A DNA stretch of 64,000 bases from a virus. Its lineage: Duplodnaviria > Caudoviricetes. Position numbers and translations under genes: made by a program. The stretch is from IMG/VR virus record IMGVR_UViG_3300027991_000002, positions 1-64,000 of that record. One strand, given 5' to 3'. The notes below the pieces were generated by a model. That model did no database searches. It was given only the letters and a program-made list of their open reading frames with translations, and was not told the DNA's origin. Shown one piece after another: positions 45,401-55,300 of the stretch; position 1 is the first letter of the stretch, and the number at the start of each line of letters is the position of its first letter.

Positions 45401-46851
45401 GTCAATCCTAATTCTTGTGCTTTGATGACAATATCGTTTCTTGCTTTTGCGCCTTCGGAAGTTTTCTTTCCTAACCTTCCGTTTTTCATATCATTGTAAT
45501 CGGCAATTTGATTTACAAGATTGTTGATTTGTTTTTGACGAGGGGAAATTTGACTTGTTGTTTCTTCCGCTTGAGCATTTTCTGTCTTGTCAGATTTTGT
45601 CAAGTCAGGTTGTGGCTTAATGGCATCAATATTTTGCTGAATGTTATCAATAGCGGGCTGAACCACTTCTTTGCTTGCATCACTTAATCCGTTGGTTGCT
45701 TTTTCTAATTCTGCTTTTGTGTCTTGGAGATGTGTTAGAGTTGCCGCGTCCTGTGCTTTACCTAACTGTTCATCGGCAACGCTTTTGTGTAGGTTGTCGG
45801 ATTCGGCTTTTAAAACAGGTGCGAGTGGTGAGTCGGGATTTTTCTTAATATCCTCGTCTATCGCTGTGGCTTTTTCTTCTGCGGGATGCGGAGTGAAATT
45901 AGCTTCTGTTTTTTGTTCTGCCTTTTGTCTTTCTTCGGGAGTGGAATTGTCAATGACTTCTTTAGGAGTGAATTTTCCTTCTGCATATTTCGCGCCTCCG
46001 AACACCACAAGGTTAGCTACAAAATCCGCTACGGCTGCCGCATTTTCTTTCCACTTAGGAACAGGAATATTTGCTTCCTTATATTTATCTTCAATTATTT
46101 TTTTTGTTGGCGACATCCACTCTGCTGCCTGCGGATTGGTTTCTTCAAGTCCCTGCGAAGCGATATTAAACGCGGCAAGTTCGGGAACTACGGCACTCGC
46201 CACTCCCAATGCTGTTTTGCCTAACCCAACTCCGACATTTAATAATCCTGATGCCATTCCTTCTTTAGCGTCTATGGCTTCGGTCTTTCCTAACTGTTCT
46301 ATGCCTCCTTTTATGCCCTGTACGGCTGCGGTGGCTGCCGTTGGAATAGTTTCCCCTAAAGGATTAATCCCCTCTAAAATCCCTGATTGTGCTTCTTGCT
46401 TGGCATAAGGGTCAACCTGCATTAAAGCGGCTTGGACTTTCATATAATCCCTGCCACTGTATGGTTCTGCTAACTTATCCTTATACGCTTTTCTTACATT
46501 GGGATTAGCGAACATCGGGTCTTTAAAAGTTTCTGATGCTTGCTGTTGTAAGTAAGGCAGTTGTCTGTCTAAGCTGACAGATTTAATATCTCTTGTCGCA
46601 CCACTCGGCTGCTCTTGTGAGCCATCTTGAACAGGCGGAGAAGAAATGTCTTCGGTAGGTGTAGTAGATTGATTTTGCTCTTGTGTAGAATTTTTTTTTA
46701 CGTCCACCTGTGAAGCGTAATCGGGATATTTGGCAATAATCTTATCCGTTAATACATCGTCAGGAATATCTTTATAGTCGGGGTATTTCGCTTTGATTTT
46801 GGCTGCGAAATCCTTAACTGATAGTTTGGGTTGGTCTATTACTTCGTCCAT
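42403..46851 (-). CDS. Large internal virion/ejection-type protein (1482 aa)
   Basis: Helical A/K/E-rich; third of three tandem genes after the tail stabilisation protein. Confidence 0.65.
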   Translation of the reverse strand: MDEVIDQPKLSVKDFAAKIKAKYPDYKDIPDDVLTDKIIAKYPDYASQVDVKKNSTQEQNQSTTPTEDISSPPVQDGSQEQPSGATRDIKSVSLDRQLPYLQQQASETFKDPMFANPNVRKAYKDKLAEPYSGRDYMKVQAALMQVDPYAKQEAQSGILEGINPLGETIPTAATAAVQGIKGGIEQLGKTEAIDAKEGMASGLLNVGVGLGKTALGVASAVVPELAAFNIASQGLEETNPQAAEWMSPTKKIIEDKYKEANIPVPKWKENAAAVADFVANLVVFGGAKYAEGKFTPKEVIDNSTPEERQKAEQKTEANFTPHPAEEKATAIDEDIKKNPDSPLAPVLKAESDNLHKSVADEQLGKAQDAATLTHLQDTKAELEKATNGLSDASKEVVQPAIDNIQQNIDAIKPQPDLTKSDKTENAQAEETTSQISPRQKQINNLVNQIADYNDMKNGRLGKKTSEGAKARNDIVIKAQELGLTIDEKQNGITLRNKNGKKVSAVNTDINNKGIKEDFVPLERRDLQTQEVFNKLNEVGSHAFPVIVGMDGKRMSERQIRTAMGDVVNDRPTNGAHELLTQLDEQAKNGTVILKHPDSGENIQVPINDFMQSIGKELEHIPHDTRNENTLSNDYDNWFNSLTDEQRATELEASKPASDHQAESETNVGDRTTSQNPPEPPAESGEPPSGTTGISIKAREQRAGTLGNEPAESGVGWTGEEALARGNELRAKGADPIAMINDESIPLHDKVAIAQSYANELGRETNAAGDKFGSNSKEYEVAKQKENDYLAKVKPLSTLAHKAFAAHQGEVDIDTGSWTGLVRAVEADGKKATPKQIAEAKELSGKVKTLTNQVEKLKQKLTDALNAAVEETPKNIKERAKEIANIIRQGKTSRPSVFSAASPASIVWDGALEVAAKTVEAGGTVAQAIADGLAHIKASDWYKNFDKKDEAESAFKNHFNEFTNDDILTKFVDKKDSKFTTQEVRDIWNYAKENYLDKDGIYENMLNGVSKDLGLTREQVRNAISQPKAVRAITDEMYRTQYKRNQAIGRAKEWVKTTNTPRLTKIFKAIPKFFFEKAIAGHGTVGMVTHAGTNIFRPSTWKSYWTDFGKQFRYMFKPSDYEMAKEDLQSRPNFILAKRSGLANDPNSIYDDYGGLKKFFGKFGTAGDRGFFALKVFRQDLFDNFYNKLSDVEKADPNTAKEIATLVNHSTGTSKVPIPETVGTAIFAPRLEASRWARLIGEPTKAVTTFTNWKNATPSEKAAAKIIAKGIGAMSATYIASLAVNQGLLSASGSDKKINFTHPLESDWMKHKIGDKTIDVTGGLVSSMHLLSVLISLPFLDKKELKGETQADKLYETTGKYLRGKLSPFASTGADVLTQHDFAGNTLPFSDAPPAHKYNHKMTWKEYLFSQAPIPVSEGARDVYTEMHDKGVSEPQIEDYFTGLWIGMVSGFTGTRIGVAPPVKNQSSRTTDRQETRTENRNR

Positions 46852-48408
46852 TTAAAAGAGTCCTAACGGGTCGGTTTTTTTAACAGGGGATGTTGTAGTA
46901 TTTTTTCTACTTGCATATCCTTTTCTTTGTGGAAATGTGTCTTCTAATTTTTGTCTTACCAATGTGTTATACTTAGATTCAAGTGCTGCGTCTATTGGGG
47001 CAAGGTATTGAACTGTTTCTGAACCTTTGGTAAATTTGCCTGTATCAATTAACTTTTGCTTAGTGTTCTCGTAAGCATCTTCTGATTTTTTAATATCATC
47101 CGCGCTTGCATCAGGGACTTGACCTGCAAGATAAGTTGCTTTGTCCGCCTCAGACATATTGCTTGTTATTTCTTTATTAGTCGGCTCGGTAGCTTTAGGA
47201 TTTGGCGCGGTCATCATAAGGGCTGCATTGCCGTTTTTATCTATCGTCACCCCTGTCGGATGAAATGCCGCTTTCTCATCTGCTGAAACAGATGTAGTTT
47301 CATAATTGCCTTTTTTGTTTGACTCTACCTTATACACTTCATTGACAGGTAAATTTTTAAGTGCTTGTTCGTTCTGAAAAGTCAAAGGCGCATATTGGGA
47401 ATAGTAAACTTTCTTTCCTCCGTATTCCAGCGGAACATATTTCTCTCCTTCTTTGTTTGTTTCAGGAGCGGTGACGATAGCATCTATATTTACGGGCTGT
47501 CCTACTTCGCCTTTGGTTTTTTCAAATGCTCCTGATGCTTGGTCAGGAACACTTGAAGCAGTTGTTGATGTTCCTAAATGTGTGTCCCAAAGTTTTTTTG
47601 TATAATCAATAGCCGCCTGTCCTTTGATGCCTTGTCGCTCCAAATCTTTTAATCCGTACTGCCCTTCGGGACTTATAAGAAATGCGTGGAAGTTAGTGTC
47701 TGATGCTTCGGGAGGAACACCCTTGTAAGAGTACCCTGTTATCATTCCGTTTTTATCTGTAACTGTTTTTACATAGGTGGCAGCCGTAGTCTTTGCCATC
47801 TGCGCCATCTTGGTCTGCCATTCAGGGTATGCTTCTTGCAACATCGGTCTGTCGCCTTCCTGTGAAAACTGTTGGTATGAATCCGCTAATGGCTTTTTAT
47901 AAAAGTCAGAATTTGCTTTCATGCTTTCAGGGTCTATTTTATCTTCCTTCCCTTTGTAAGCATTTACATCTTGCGAGTGCCATTGTTTCACCTGCTCAGA
48001 GAAATTCTCCATCTCTTTTAACTGACTTAAATTTTTCTGAATGTCGAGGGCTTCCTTGGCTTGCTGCGCGTTACGCGGGTCAAATTCTTCCCAACTTCTG
48101 CCTCTGTATTTTTGAAGATATGCACTTGCCTTGTCTAATAAATCGCTTTTTTGTTGATTGAGTTCAGTCAGGTGGTTAGCCCAGCCGTTTATCTTAATAT
48201 CGTTTAAATCTGATAGTGCTTTCCGCGCTGCCTGCTGATTTCTTTTTCTGTTTAAGTCCTCCTGTTGGATAGCGTGCCACAACACCTTTTGCGGAGTGAG
48301 TTCGCCTTGTGGTAAGACAATAGCCGAGCCAGTCGTGTCAATAGGTTTGCTATTAACAAGTCCCTCAGCGGTTGACCCTGCTACGTCTGTATTTAATACT
48401 TCATCCAT
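46852..48408 (-). CDS. Internal virion/ejection-type protein (518 aa)
   Basis: Q/K/A-rich; TAAATG-coupled. Confidence 0.6.
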   Translation of the reverse strand: MDEVLNTDVAGSTAEGLVNSKPIDTTGSAIVLPQGELTPQKVLWHAIQQEDLNRKRNQQAARKALSDLNDIKINGWANHLTELNQQKSDLLDKASAYLQKYRGRSWEEFDPRNAQQAKEALDIQKNLSQLKEMENFSEQVKQWHSQDVNAYKGKEDKIDPESMKANSDFYKKPLADSYQQFSQEGDRPMLQEAYPEWQTKMAQMAKTTAATYVKTVTDKNGMITGYSYKGVPPEASDTNFHAFLISPEGQYGLKDLERQGIKGQAAIDYTKKLWDTHLGTSTTASSVPDQASGAFEKTKGEVGQPVNIDAIVTAPETNKEGEKYVPLEYGGKKVYYSQYAPLTFQNEQALKNLPVNEVYKVESNKKGNYETTSVSADEKAAFHPTGVTIDKNGNAALMMTAPNPKATEPTNKEITSNMSEADKATYLAGQVPDASADDIKKSEDAYENTKQKLIDTGKFTKGSETVQYLAPIDAALESKYNTLVRQKLEDTFPQRKGYASRKNTTTSPVKKTDPLGLF

Positions 48409-49143
48409 TTATAGCGAAGATAATTCCCATGAATAAGGGTAGCGTCCGTTTTTAATTTTGAACTGCTCCATCTTTTGTTGAGTATTTAATCCTTGTATCG
48501 GAACGTTTTTTTGTGACATATCCAATGTGGTATTTGTATTGTTCGGCTGAATTGGTGTTTTATTTCCACCTCCCGTATCATTCTGCCCCATTCCGTAATA
48601 TCCTGCTGCGGCTGCGCCAAGTAAATCTTGTGTTGCTCCGTACTTATTAGCTTCTGAACCATATCTCAATGCTGATTCAGCTTGCTTGGCTTGGGTGTAT
48701 GGTTGGTATTTATTCCATTCGCTTGCCTGATTCTGCCACGAAGCAAATGCTCCTAACTGTCCTGTTAGATTCTGTATGTTTTGATTTTGATTCTCTGCGC
48801 CTTTGATTGCTAAATCTCCTAACTGATTTTGCTCGTTGCCTATCATCGCTGAACCTGTCGCAAGTGCATCCACAGGGCTTCCTGCGGTCTCGGTGGCATA
48901 TCGTAATCCTCCTGCGGTGGCTGCTCCGATTTTTTGTTCCATAAGTGGCTGACCGGGGAGTGTCGTTGCTAACGCTCTGTATTTAGCTATCTGTAATGCT
49001 TGTTTTGCCGCATCAGGGATTTCAAAAGGTGGACGCTTGATATGAGATAGCGCATCAGCTTCTCTTTTCTGTTTGTTAGCAAGCTCATTCTTTTGATATG
49101 CGCTGTACGCTGCTAATGCTGCAAGGACGATTGGGAATGGCAT
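48409..49143 (-). CDS. Ejection/pilot-like protein (244 aa)
   Basis: Hydrophobic N-terminus MPFPIVLAALAAY; A/Q/G-rich. Confidence 0.6.
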   Translation of the reverse strand: MPFPIVLAALAAYSAYQKNELANKQKREADALSHIKRPPFEIPDAAKQALQIAKYRALATTLPGQPLMEQKIGAATAGGLRYATETAGSPVDALATGSAMIGNEQNQLGDLAIKGAENQNQNIQNLTGQLGAFASWQNQASEWNKYQPYTQAKQAESALRYGSEANKYGATQDLLGAAAAGYYGMGQNDTGGGNKTPIQPNNTNTTLDMSQKNVPIQGLNTQQKMEQFKIKNGRYPYSWELSSL

Positions 49144-49166
49144 GGGTTATAGTTTTGCAAATGTAA

Positions 49167-52100
49167 TCATTGACGAATATTGTCTGACAACGGTGAATAG
49201 ATAGTTATTAAGTCCACCGCGTACATCTCTACAAGATTTGTATTGCTGTTGGTTAGTTTTACTGTTGCTACTGCTGAACGCATTTTATCTCCGTTGATTC
49301 TTGCTTCATCCGCGCTTGGAAAGTTAGGCGTATTCATGTCGCGTAAAATTGCTCCATACAATATACCTTCCTTTTTTATGAACATATTTTTTCCGAGAAT
49401 AGTCATTTGTCCGAGTGGACGAGTGACATCAGGAGCGATAGTCATTTCCATTTCCCAAACATCGGTTGACTCTTCCGATATTGCCTGCCAACTCTTCACT
49501 TCAGATGGATTGTCGTTTGCTACAACTGTAATTACAGAATCATATTGTACTCCGTAGAAATTATTTTTTATCGGTGAATCATGCACCCACAACTCTCCAT
49601 TCTTAAAACTTAAAAATGTATTTCCGATTTTTCCGTAACACTCTGGTATAAATGGAAAGAATTGCGTCCACCGTGTCTTTCCCCCTTCTTCTGCACCCTC
49701 GTTGAAAGCAATAGTTTCTCCATCTATATTCGGTAAATCTCCCCACGTTACAACTAACAGGTTGTGGTAGGCATCGTATCCCGCAATGATATTAGGATTT
49801 GTTTTCATCCCTCTGTCGTTAAAAAAACTCTGTACTTTGTAATTTGAAATAGGAAAAAGTCCGTTGCTTGAATATCTTATCTCCGCACCTTTACTTTGGT
49901 CGTTCCACCAAGCGTTGTTGTTGTAGTCATCACAACTTAATTTATGCTGCGTCCCCCATGAGCCAATAAGCGTATCGGCTGTATTTAAAACTGAATCTGC
50001 TAACGCAAGTATTAATTCTCCCTGTGGGCTTCTCACCATTTGTTTTTTAACATAAAACGTTTGAGTCTTATGCTCACATATAACAAGCAAAACGGATTGC
50101 GCCATAAGTCGCATCCACATGATTTTTCCGAATGAAACTTCAATGTCATAATTTTGATTGAGTGCTTCAAAGGAACTGAATCCGTTGGTTTGTGTGCCGA
50201 CAAAGAACTGATTTGAAAATCTTATTTGTCCTTCTTGAAATATTTGTTTTGAATTTTTGTCAAGTATCTGCGGGCGACCTGTCTGTGTAGTAAACGATTC
50301 GTAAAAATCATTCACACTTGAATCTTCAATGTATTTTGCTCCGCCTAAAACAAAGTTTCGGAATCTGTAATACACATCTCCTGACTTGAATGTTCCTGTG
50401 GCGGGTTGGGTTGCGGTTTGGTCTTGCGTGCTTCCTCTGTGATACTTTACTCCGTTTAACTCGTAGATTTCATAACATTCTCCGAACTCGTAGTACCTTG
50501 TTTGGTCTGCTGGTTTAGGGGTGTAGATTTCAAACAGAGTGCCTACATCGGGGCGGAAATTAACATTGTTAATCAACACTTCAATAAAACTACCATCAGG
50601 TTCTTGGTAAACGATTTCAGCGTCTTGGTAAGTGGTGAAAAGGTTGCCTGCTCCGTTGCTTATTAATCGTATTCTGTCGCCTTGTTCCCATGTGTAATTA
50701 AGTTGTGCATTGGGATAACGAGTATGATAATCGGCTATTGATGTTGTTGTGATTCTGACTTTAGTAAAATTATTAAGATATGTTACTCCGTGAGTATTGA
50801 TTTGTAAGAAACTCGGTACAGTATGTTTTCGCACTATCTGATAATGCGTAGCCCAACTTGGGGGCAGAGAAGAAATCGCCCAACTTATTTCTGCAAATCC
50901 TGTCAGGTGATTCTCTGTGTAAAACGGAACGTATAAATCTCTGATATGTTCTTGTACGGTTGTCTGACGGTTTTCTCTGTCGTAATAGATAACTGCAAAT
51001 GTTTCGTTGAGCCCGCGTTTCCATGCGGAGATGGATTGAAATTCTTCGAGTAAGTCAGCAAGTAAATTTAACAGGTGATACCACTTTGATTTGATAGAAA
51101 AATCTACATTGTTATAATTTACCGCATCAATAGTTAATGCAAGGAAAAAAGAATCTTGCGCAAAATTGTAAACGATAAAATTATTTACTGAACTAAAAAC
51201 TACATCTGAATTTCTATCAGTGACGGGAAATCCTGCAATAAATGTTCCCGCGAAAGTGTCTATGTAATCAGGAACATAAAAATACCCTTGTTGGTCAGTA
51301 GATACCCAAGAGCCAAGAGAATTTATTACCGAGACATTTGCCTGTGGAATATTTCCGTCTAAAACAAATCCATCAATAAAAGTTCTCGACAATGTTTTTA
51401 CTTGTGAACTACCATTGCGAAACGCTATTTTATTAAAAGAACCACCACCAAAGTTAGTGGTAAAATCTATAATTGTTGTACCATTAAATGCCTGTGCAAT
51501 AGATAAAAGATTTCCGCCAACAGTTATTCCTTCGATTCTGTTAAATGGCGGATTCACATTCGCTACATAATAAAAAAATCCATTGTGGTCTGTCACAGCC
51601 ATGTGGTTTACCCATGCTCTCTGTGACCAATTAGGTTGTAGTCCGTTGAAAGTGCAATGAGTAGGAATTATCGCTGGCGATGATAAAGAAAAAGACAATA
51701 ACGCCCTTTCTATTCGTGTGTCTTCCAATATCTGAGTAGAACTTGTCGGAGTGATTGGTAAATCCGAATCACAAACATTACCCTCGAATACAGTTACATT
51801 TTGCGAAAGTATTCCGGCAAACCATGTCTGTATAGACGAATGATTAAATTTTATTGTCCATAAGTCCGCGATTGCGCTACATCCCACATAAATTGTGTTG
51901 TCAGCATTTTGCGCCTGTACTGCATCATGTGATATTTCAGTCGCCCCTACCTTTATTTTCATCTCAAATCCCTGCGGAACATTGCCTGAATAGGTATTTG
52001 AAGCAGAGCCGACAGATATAACAGGAGCAGATGTTTTTTGATACCCTCTATTGCTTAAATCACCTGCCGTTGTTTCTGCGCCTGCTATTCTGATAATATA

Positions 52101-53936
52101 TTCTCCTTCGGGAACTCCATCAATTTCAAATGTGCTATAAATATTATTCCCAAATGCAGAATCGTTTGCAGTATCTCCGATATAATTTCCATTTTGGTCA
52201 CGTGAGGCAGAACCAAGATTAAAAGGATTTCTTGACCTGTATGCGTAGTCATTATTTGTATTGGAAAAGTTTTCTGAAAAAGCATCGTTTATTCCAGCAG
52301 GCATATTCCATGTACCATCGGAGTTTTGATGATTACTCCAACTCGACATATTCTGCTTAGATACTCCGTAAAAATCTGTCCCTGCTAAATAAAATACAAA
52401 CCCCGGCAATCCCATTATTTGTCCTGTCATTGCGGTGGGAACTCCAAACGATAATCCGCCAAAAAAAGGAATCCCGTCAACGGGGTCTGCGCTTCCCCTC
52501 CATATAGGAGTATTAACTCCAAAACTTGTGTTACCTCCGTCATTAAGAAACAACGGTCTTATCACCACTATCCCTTTTATCTTATAAAGCTGTGGCGGTT
52601 TTTTAAAACTCAAACTTAAACTTAAATCTACGCACTCTGAATCATACCCTTCTTTATTTCCTCCGTACATCATCCTGTTGTCAGCGACTTCCTGTGCTTC
52701 GCTTGTAATAGGAATGGCTTCAAAAAGTTTTACTGCAAACGCATCATCAACTGCATTGTACGCTTGGTCGTTATAGAATTTAAAAACATTTGTTCGTGAT
52801 GGCGATAATGGATTGTAGCCGAACTGAAATCTTTCCAACTCTGTTACAAAACACCACTTGCCTAACTCTCCTTGTTTGACATAAATCTGTACTCCTTTTA
52901 TTATCGTCAGGTTCTCATCGTTTAATCTTGAATCAGTGAAATCTATTTCTACATAATTACCCACTCCGTTTGAAACAATAGAAATCGGAGAGAGGGATGA
53001 CTGTTGCGCGTCAACTCCTTTGTATGCAAGTCTGAACTGAAATATCTTGCTGACAATAAAATTTGTGTTCTTAGTTGTATCAGTCAACACTCTTATTGCA
53101 GGTTCGCATATCGGTGGATTGAAATCCGCGTTGATAAAGGTTTCTAAGAATCCGTCAGGATAAATGTTAATAAAAACTCTTACCGCTGGCGAACTCGGAA
53201 GTCCCGTGTTTATATTCGTTTCAACTTGTAGGGTGACATCGTAAATCCCCGCCACATCAAACTCCACTTCAATAAACTGCTCACATGACTTAGCGTGAAA
53301 GTCTGTTTGGTTGTTATTAATCGCATCAACAAAATTCGCTATCCCTTGCTCTAAAGTCTGGTCTGTCGGTGATACATATAATAGCGTATTGATATTCGAG
53401 TATAATAAGCTATATGCGTCACCTGCTCTGAAATTAACAAAGTCAAAGTAAATATTAAATTTTACTTTTTTGAATACTCCGTTTTCATCCTGCCGTTGTG
53501 CGCGGTCAATATTTATTGACCTCTGCGGGACTGTGCCTTCTGTCCAGCTCAGTAAATCATCAACTAAATTTACCGAACCTATTTTACTGTTGAGGTCAAA
53601 CTTTAAAAGTGGCTCATTCTTTACTATCGGTACTATTAAATTAGTTGACTTGTAATACCTGAGTATGTTATGATTGAGATTAGAGTTCCATACAAGATAA
53701 ATGCACGTTTCTTTTTTTGTGTCTTCAAATCTGCCGATGACTTCATTTGTCCCTGCGGGGAGTGTGTAAGGAACTAACCTGTTCCCGTCTGCGTTCTGAA
53801 CGATGTTATGCTTCTGAACTTTGGAAACTCCGTTGTAAATAGAAGAAGCGTAGATGTAATCTTCGGGCGGAACTATTTTAATGGAATCATCCAAATTTAA
53901 TCCGCCCTGCGCGATGCGCTTCGTTTCTCTTATCAT
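49167..53936 (-). CDS. Tail stabilisation/nozzle-like protein (1589 aa)
   Basis: GGLNLDDS..; NRMMYGGNKEGYD; FIPECYGKIGNTFLSFKNGELWVHD; size and position. Confidence 0.7.
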   Translation of the reverse strand: MIRETKRIAQGGLNLDDSIKIVPPEDYIYASSIYNGVSKVQKHNIVQNADGNRLVPYTLPAGTNEVIGRFEDTKKETCIYLVWNSNLNHNILRYYKSTNLIVPIVKNEPLLKFDLNSKIGSVNLVDDLLSWTEGTVPQRSINIDRAQRQDENGVFKKVKFNIYFDFVNFRAGDAYSLLYSNINTLLYVSPTDQTLEQGIANFVDAINNNQTDFHAKSCEQFIEVEFDVAGIYDVTLQVETNINTGLPSSPAVRVFINIYPDGFLETFINADFNPPICEPAIRVLTDTTKNTNFIVSKIFQFRLAYKGVDAQQSSLSPISIVSNGVGNYVEIDFTDSRLNDENLTIIKGVQIYVKQGELGKWCFVTELERFQFGYNPLSPSRTNVFKFYNDQAYNAVDDAFAVKLFEAIPITSEAQEVADNRMMYGGNKEGYDSECVDLSLSLSFKKPPQLYKIKGIVVIRPLFLNDGGNTSFGVNTPIWRGSADPVDGIPFFGGLSFGVPTAMTGQIMGLPGFVFYLAGTDFYGVSKQNMSSWSNHQNSDGTWNMPAGINDAFSENFSNTNNDYAYRSRNPFNLGSASRDQNGNYIGDTANDSAFGNNIYSTFEIDGVPEGEYIIRIAGAETTAGDLSNRGYQKTSAPVISVGSASNTYSGNVPQGFEMKIKVGATEISHDAVQAQNADNTIYVGCSAIADLWTIKFNHSSIQTWFAGILSQNVTVFEGNVCDSDLPITPTSSTQILEDTRIERALLSFSLSSPAIIPTHCTFNGLQPNWSQRAWVNHMAVTDHNGFFYYVANVNPPFNRIEGITVGGNLLSIAQAFNGTTIIDFTTNFGGGSFNKIAFRNGSSQVKTLSRTFIDGFVLDGNIPQANVSVINSLGSWVSTDQQGYFYVPDYIDTFAGTFIAGFPVTDRNSDVVFSSVNNFIVYNFAQDSFFLALTIDAVNYNNVDFSIKSKWYHLLNLLADLLEEFQSISAWKRGLNETFAVIYYDRENRQTTVQEHIRDLYVPFYTENHLTGFAEISWAISSLPPSWATHYQIVRKHTVPSFLQINTHGVTYLNNFTKVRITTTSIADYHTRYPNAQLNYTWEQGDRIRLISNGAGNLFTTYQDAEIVYQEPDGSFIEVLINNVNFRPDVGTLFEIYTPKPADQTRYYEFGECYEIYELNGVKYHRGSTQDQTATQPATGTFKSGDVYYRFRNFVLGGAKYIEDSSVNDFYESFTTQTGRPQILDKNSKQIFQEGQIRFSNQFFVGTQTNGFSSFEALNQNYDIEVSFGKIMWMRLMAQSVLLVICEHKTQTFYVKKQMVRSPQGELILALADSVLNTADTLIGSWGTQHKLSCDDYNNNAWWNDQSKGAEIRYSSNGLFPISNYKVQSFFNDRGMKTNPNIIAGYDAYHNLLVVTWGDLPNIDGETIAFNEGAEEGGKTRWTQFFPFIPECYGKIGNTFLSFKNGELWVHDSPIKNNFYGVQYDSVITVVANDNPSEVKSWQAISEESTDVWEMEMTIAPDVTRPLGQMTILGKNMFIKKEGILYGAILRDMNTPNFPSADEARINGDKMRSAVATVKLTNSNTNLVEMYAVDLITIYSPLSDNIRQ

Positions 53937-54697
53937 CTGCGCGGTGTGCTTCTAACGGAACTTAGGTACGAATCAACAGCTTCCGAACCTGTAAACGAAT
54001 TTACAAACGTCACCACCTTTTCGTATTCTACTAAGTAATCTCTGCGGGCTGTTTCCCTACCCTCGTCATCAGTCAGCGAGTGCCATACAATAAATGCTGT
54101 AATCGCTTCGGTAGTGTAATCAGGAACATTAGTCTGTCCGCAAAGATTCTTCCCGCTCGAAGTGTATTCGAGAACTATTTCTGTTGCAGGAAATACGCTT
54201 GATAATTGAATGACTCCTGCGTTGTAATCGAATCGGTAATATCCTCTTAGGTTTTGTCCGGCAGGAATACCATATTGCTCTCCTACCCATTGTCCGTTTC
54301 GCCACGCGGGAAGAAAGAAATATCCTAATGCTAACGGCTCTACCCCTTTTGGAAGGTCTGTCTGTGTCTGTCCTGAAATCGGATTGCCACAAGAATCGCA
54401 TCCGTGCGCTAAACAAATATCTTCGCACAGAGTCAGCGTTACCATCTGTCCGTTTATACAAACTCCTACGGCTCGGTAGTCAACAAAATCTTTCGGAAGT
54501 TTAACTTGCAGTAAATCATTCGGAGTCAGATAAACCGTTCTGTAATTAGTCCTTACTCCTGCAAATCGGTTCATGTCACCGTTATAACAGCGATATGCTC
54601 TCTGTAAGCACCTTTGATAGTTAGTCGTAGTGTGATAGTCAAGACGAGGGTCTTGCATCGCTTGTTTTACTGCGTAATCTAACGGATAGCTTCTCAT
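53933..54697 (-). CDS. Tail ring/tubular protein (254 aa)
   Basis: VKLPKDFVDY..IVLEYTSSG..VPDYTTEAI; position. Confidence 0.6.
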   Translation of the reverse strand: MRSYPLDYAVKQAMQDPRLDYHTTTNYQRCLQRAYRCYNGDMNRFAGVRTNYRTVYLTPNDLLQVKLPKDFVDYRAVGVCINGQMVTLTLCEDICLAHGCDSCGNPISGQTQTDLPKGVEPLALGYFFLPAWRNGQWVGEQYGIPAGQNLRGYYRFDYNAGVIQLSSVFPATEIVLEYTSSGKNLCGQTNVPDYTTEAITAFIVWHSLTDDEGRETARRDYLVEYEKVVTFVNSFTGSEAVDSYLSSVRSTPRR

Positions 54698-55281
54698 TAC
54701 GGTTTCTCTTCGTCTTTAAGTGGTACGGTTTCCTGAATCTGTAATTTACTCAACACATAATCCAAAATCTCCTGTTCGAACATTTGCGGTACAGGAAAAG
54801 TGTCGGTGTCCGATAAATTAGATATGTTGGCAATCATCTTAACAAGAACTTCTGAGTTGTGATATTGCGATTCTAAACCTTTAAATATAACTTTTTTATT
54901 TTCCACCTTGTACGATGTCTGTCCTTCCATATTCTCCGCGTCAAGTCCTTTAAACAACCACTCATCCCCCGAAAGAGTGTGAATGAATTGTACGCTGTCA
55001 TTTTGAACAGGAGAGATAATTATAAATGATTCTCTCAGTTTAACGAACCCTGCGGGTAAATTCAAATACCACTTGCTTCTTATCGGGTCAAATTTTGTCT
55101 TGACATAAAATGGCGAATAAAATTCTGCCATCAAATCGTGATGCGATTCAAGATACCGTCCCATTGCTCCGTTACGGGCAATGTCAGCAAGTATATCTAC
55201 CTCGCGGAAGTCAGGGCGTTTGAGAGAATTGGTATTCCCTGCCTGCCATAAACTGACCGCCAACTCATGGAATTCTGCCAC
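54697..55281 (-). CDS. Tail ring protein (194 aa)
   Basis: YLNLPAGFV..FPVPQMFEQEI; position. Confidence 0.55.
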   Translation of the reverse strand: MAEFHELAVSLWQAGNTNSLKRPDFREVDILADIARNGAMGRYLESHHDLMAEFYSPFYVKTKFDPIRSKWYLNLPAGFVKLRESFIIISPVQNDSVQFIHTLSGDEWLFKGLDAENMEGQTSYKVENKKVIFKGLESQYHNSEVLVKMIANISNLSDTDTFPVPQMFEQEILDYVLSKLQIQETVPLKDEEKP

Positions 55282-55300
55282 TAAAATGGTGTTACTCCTT

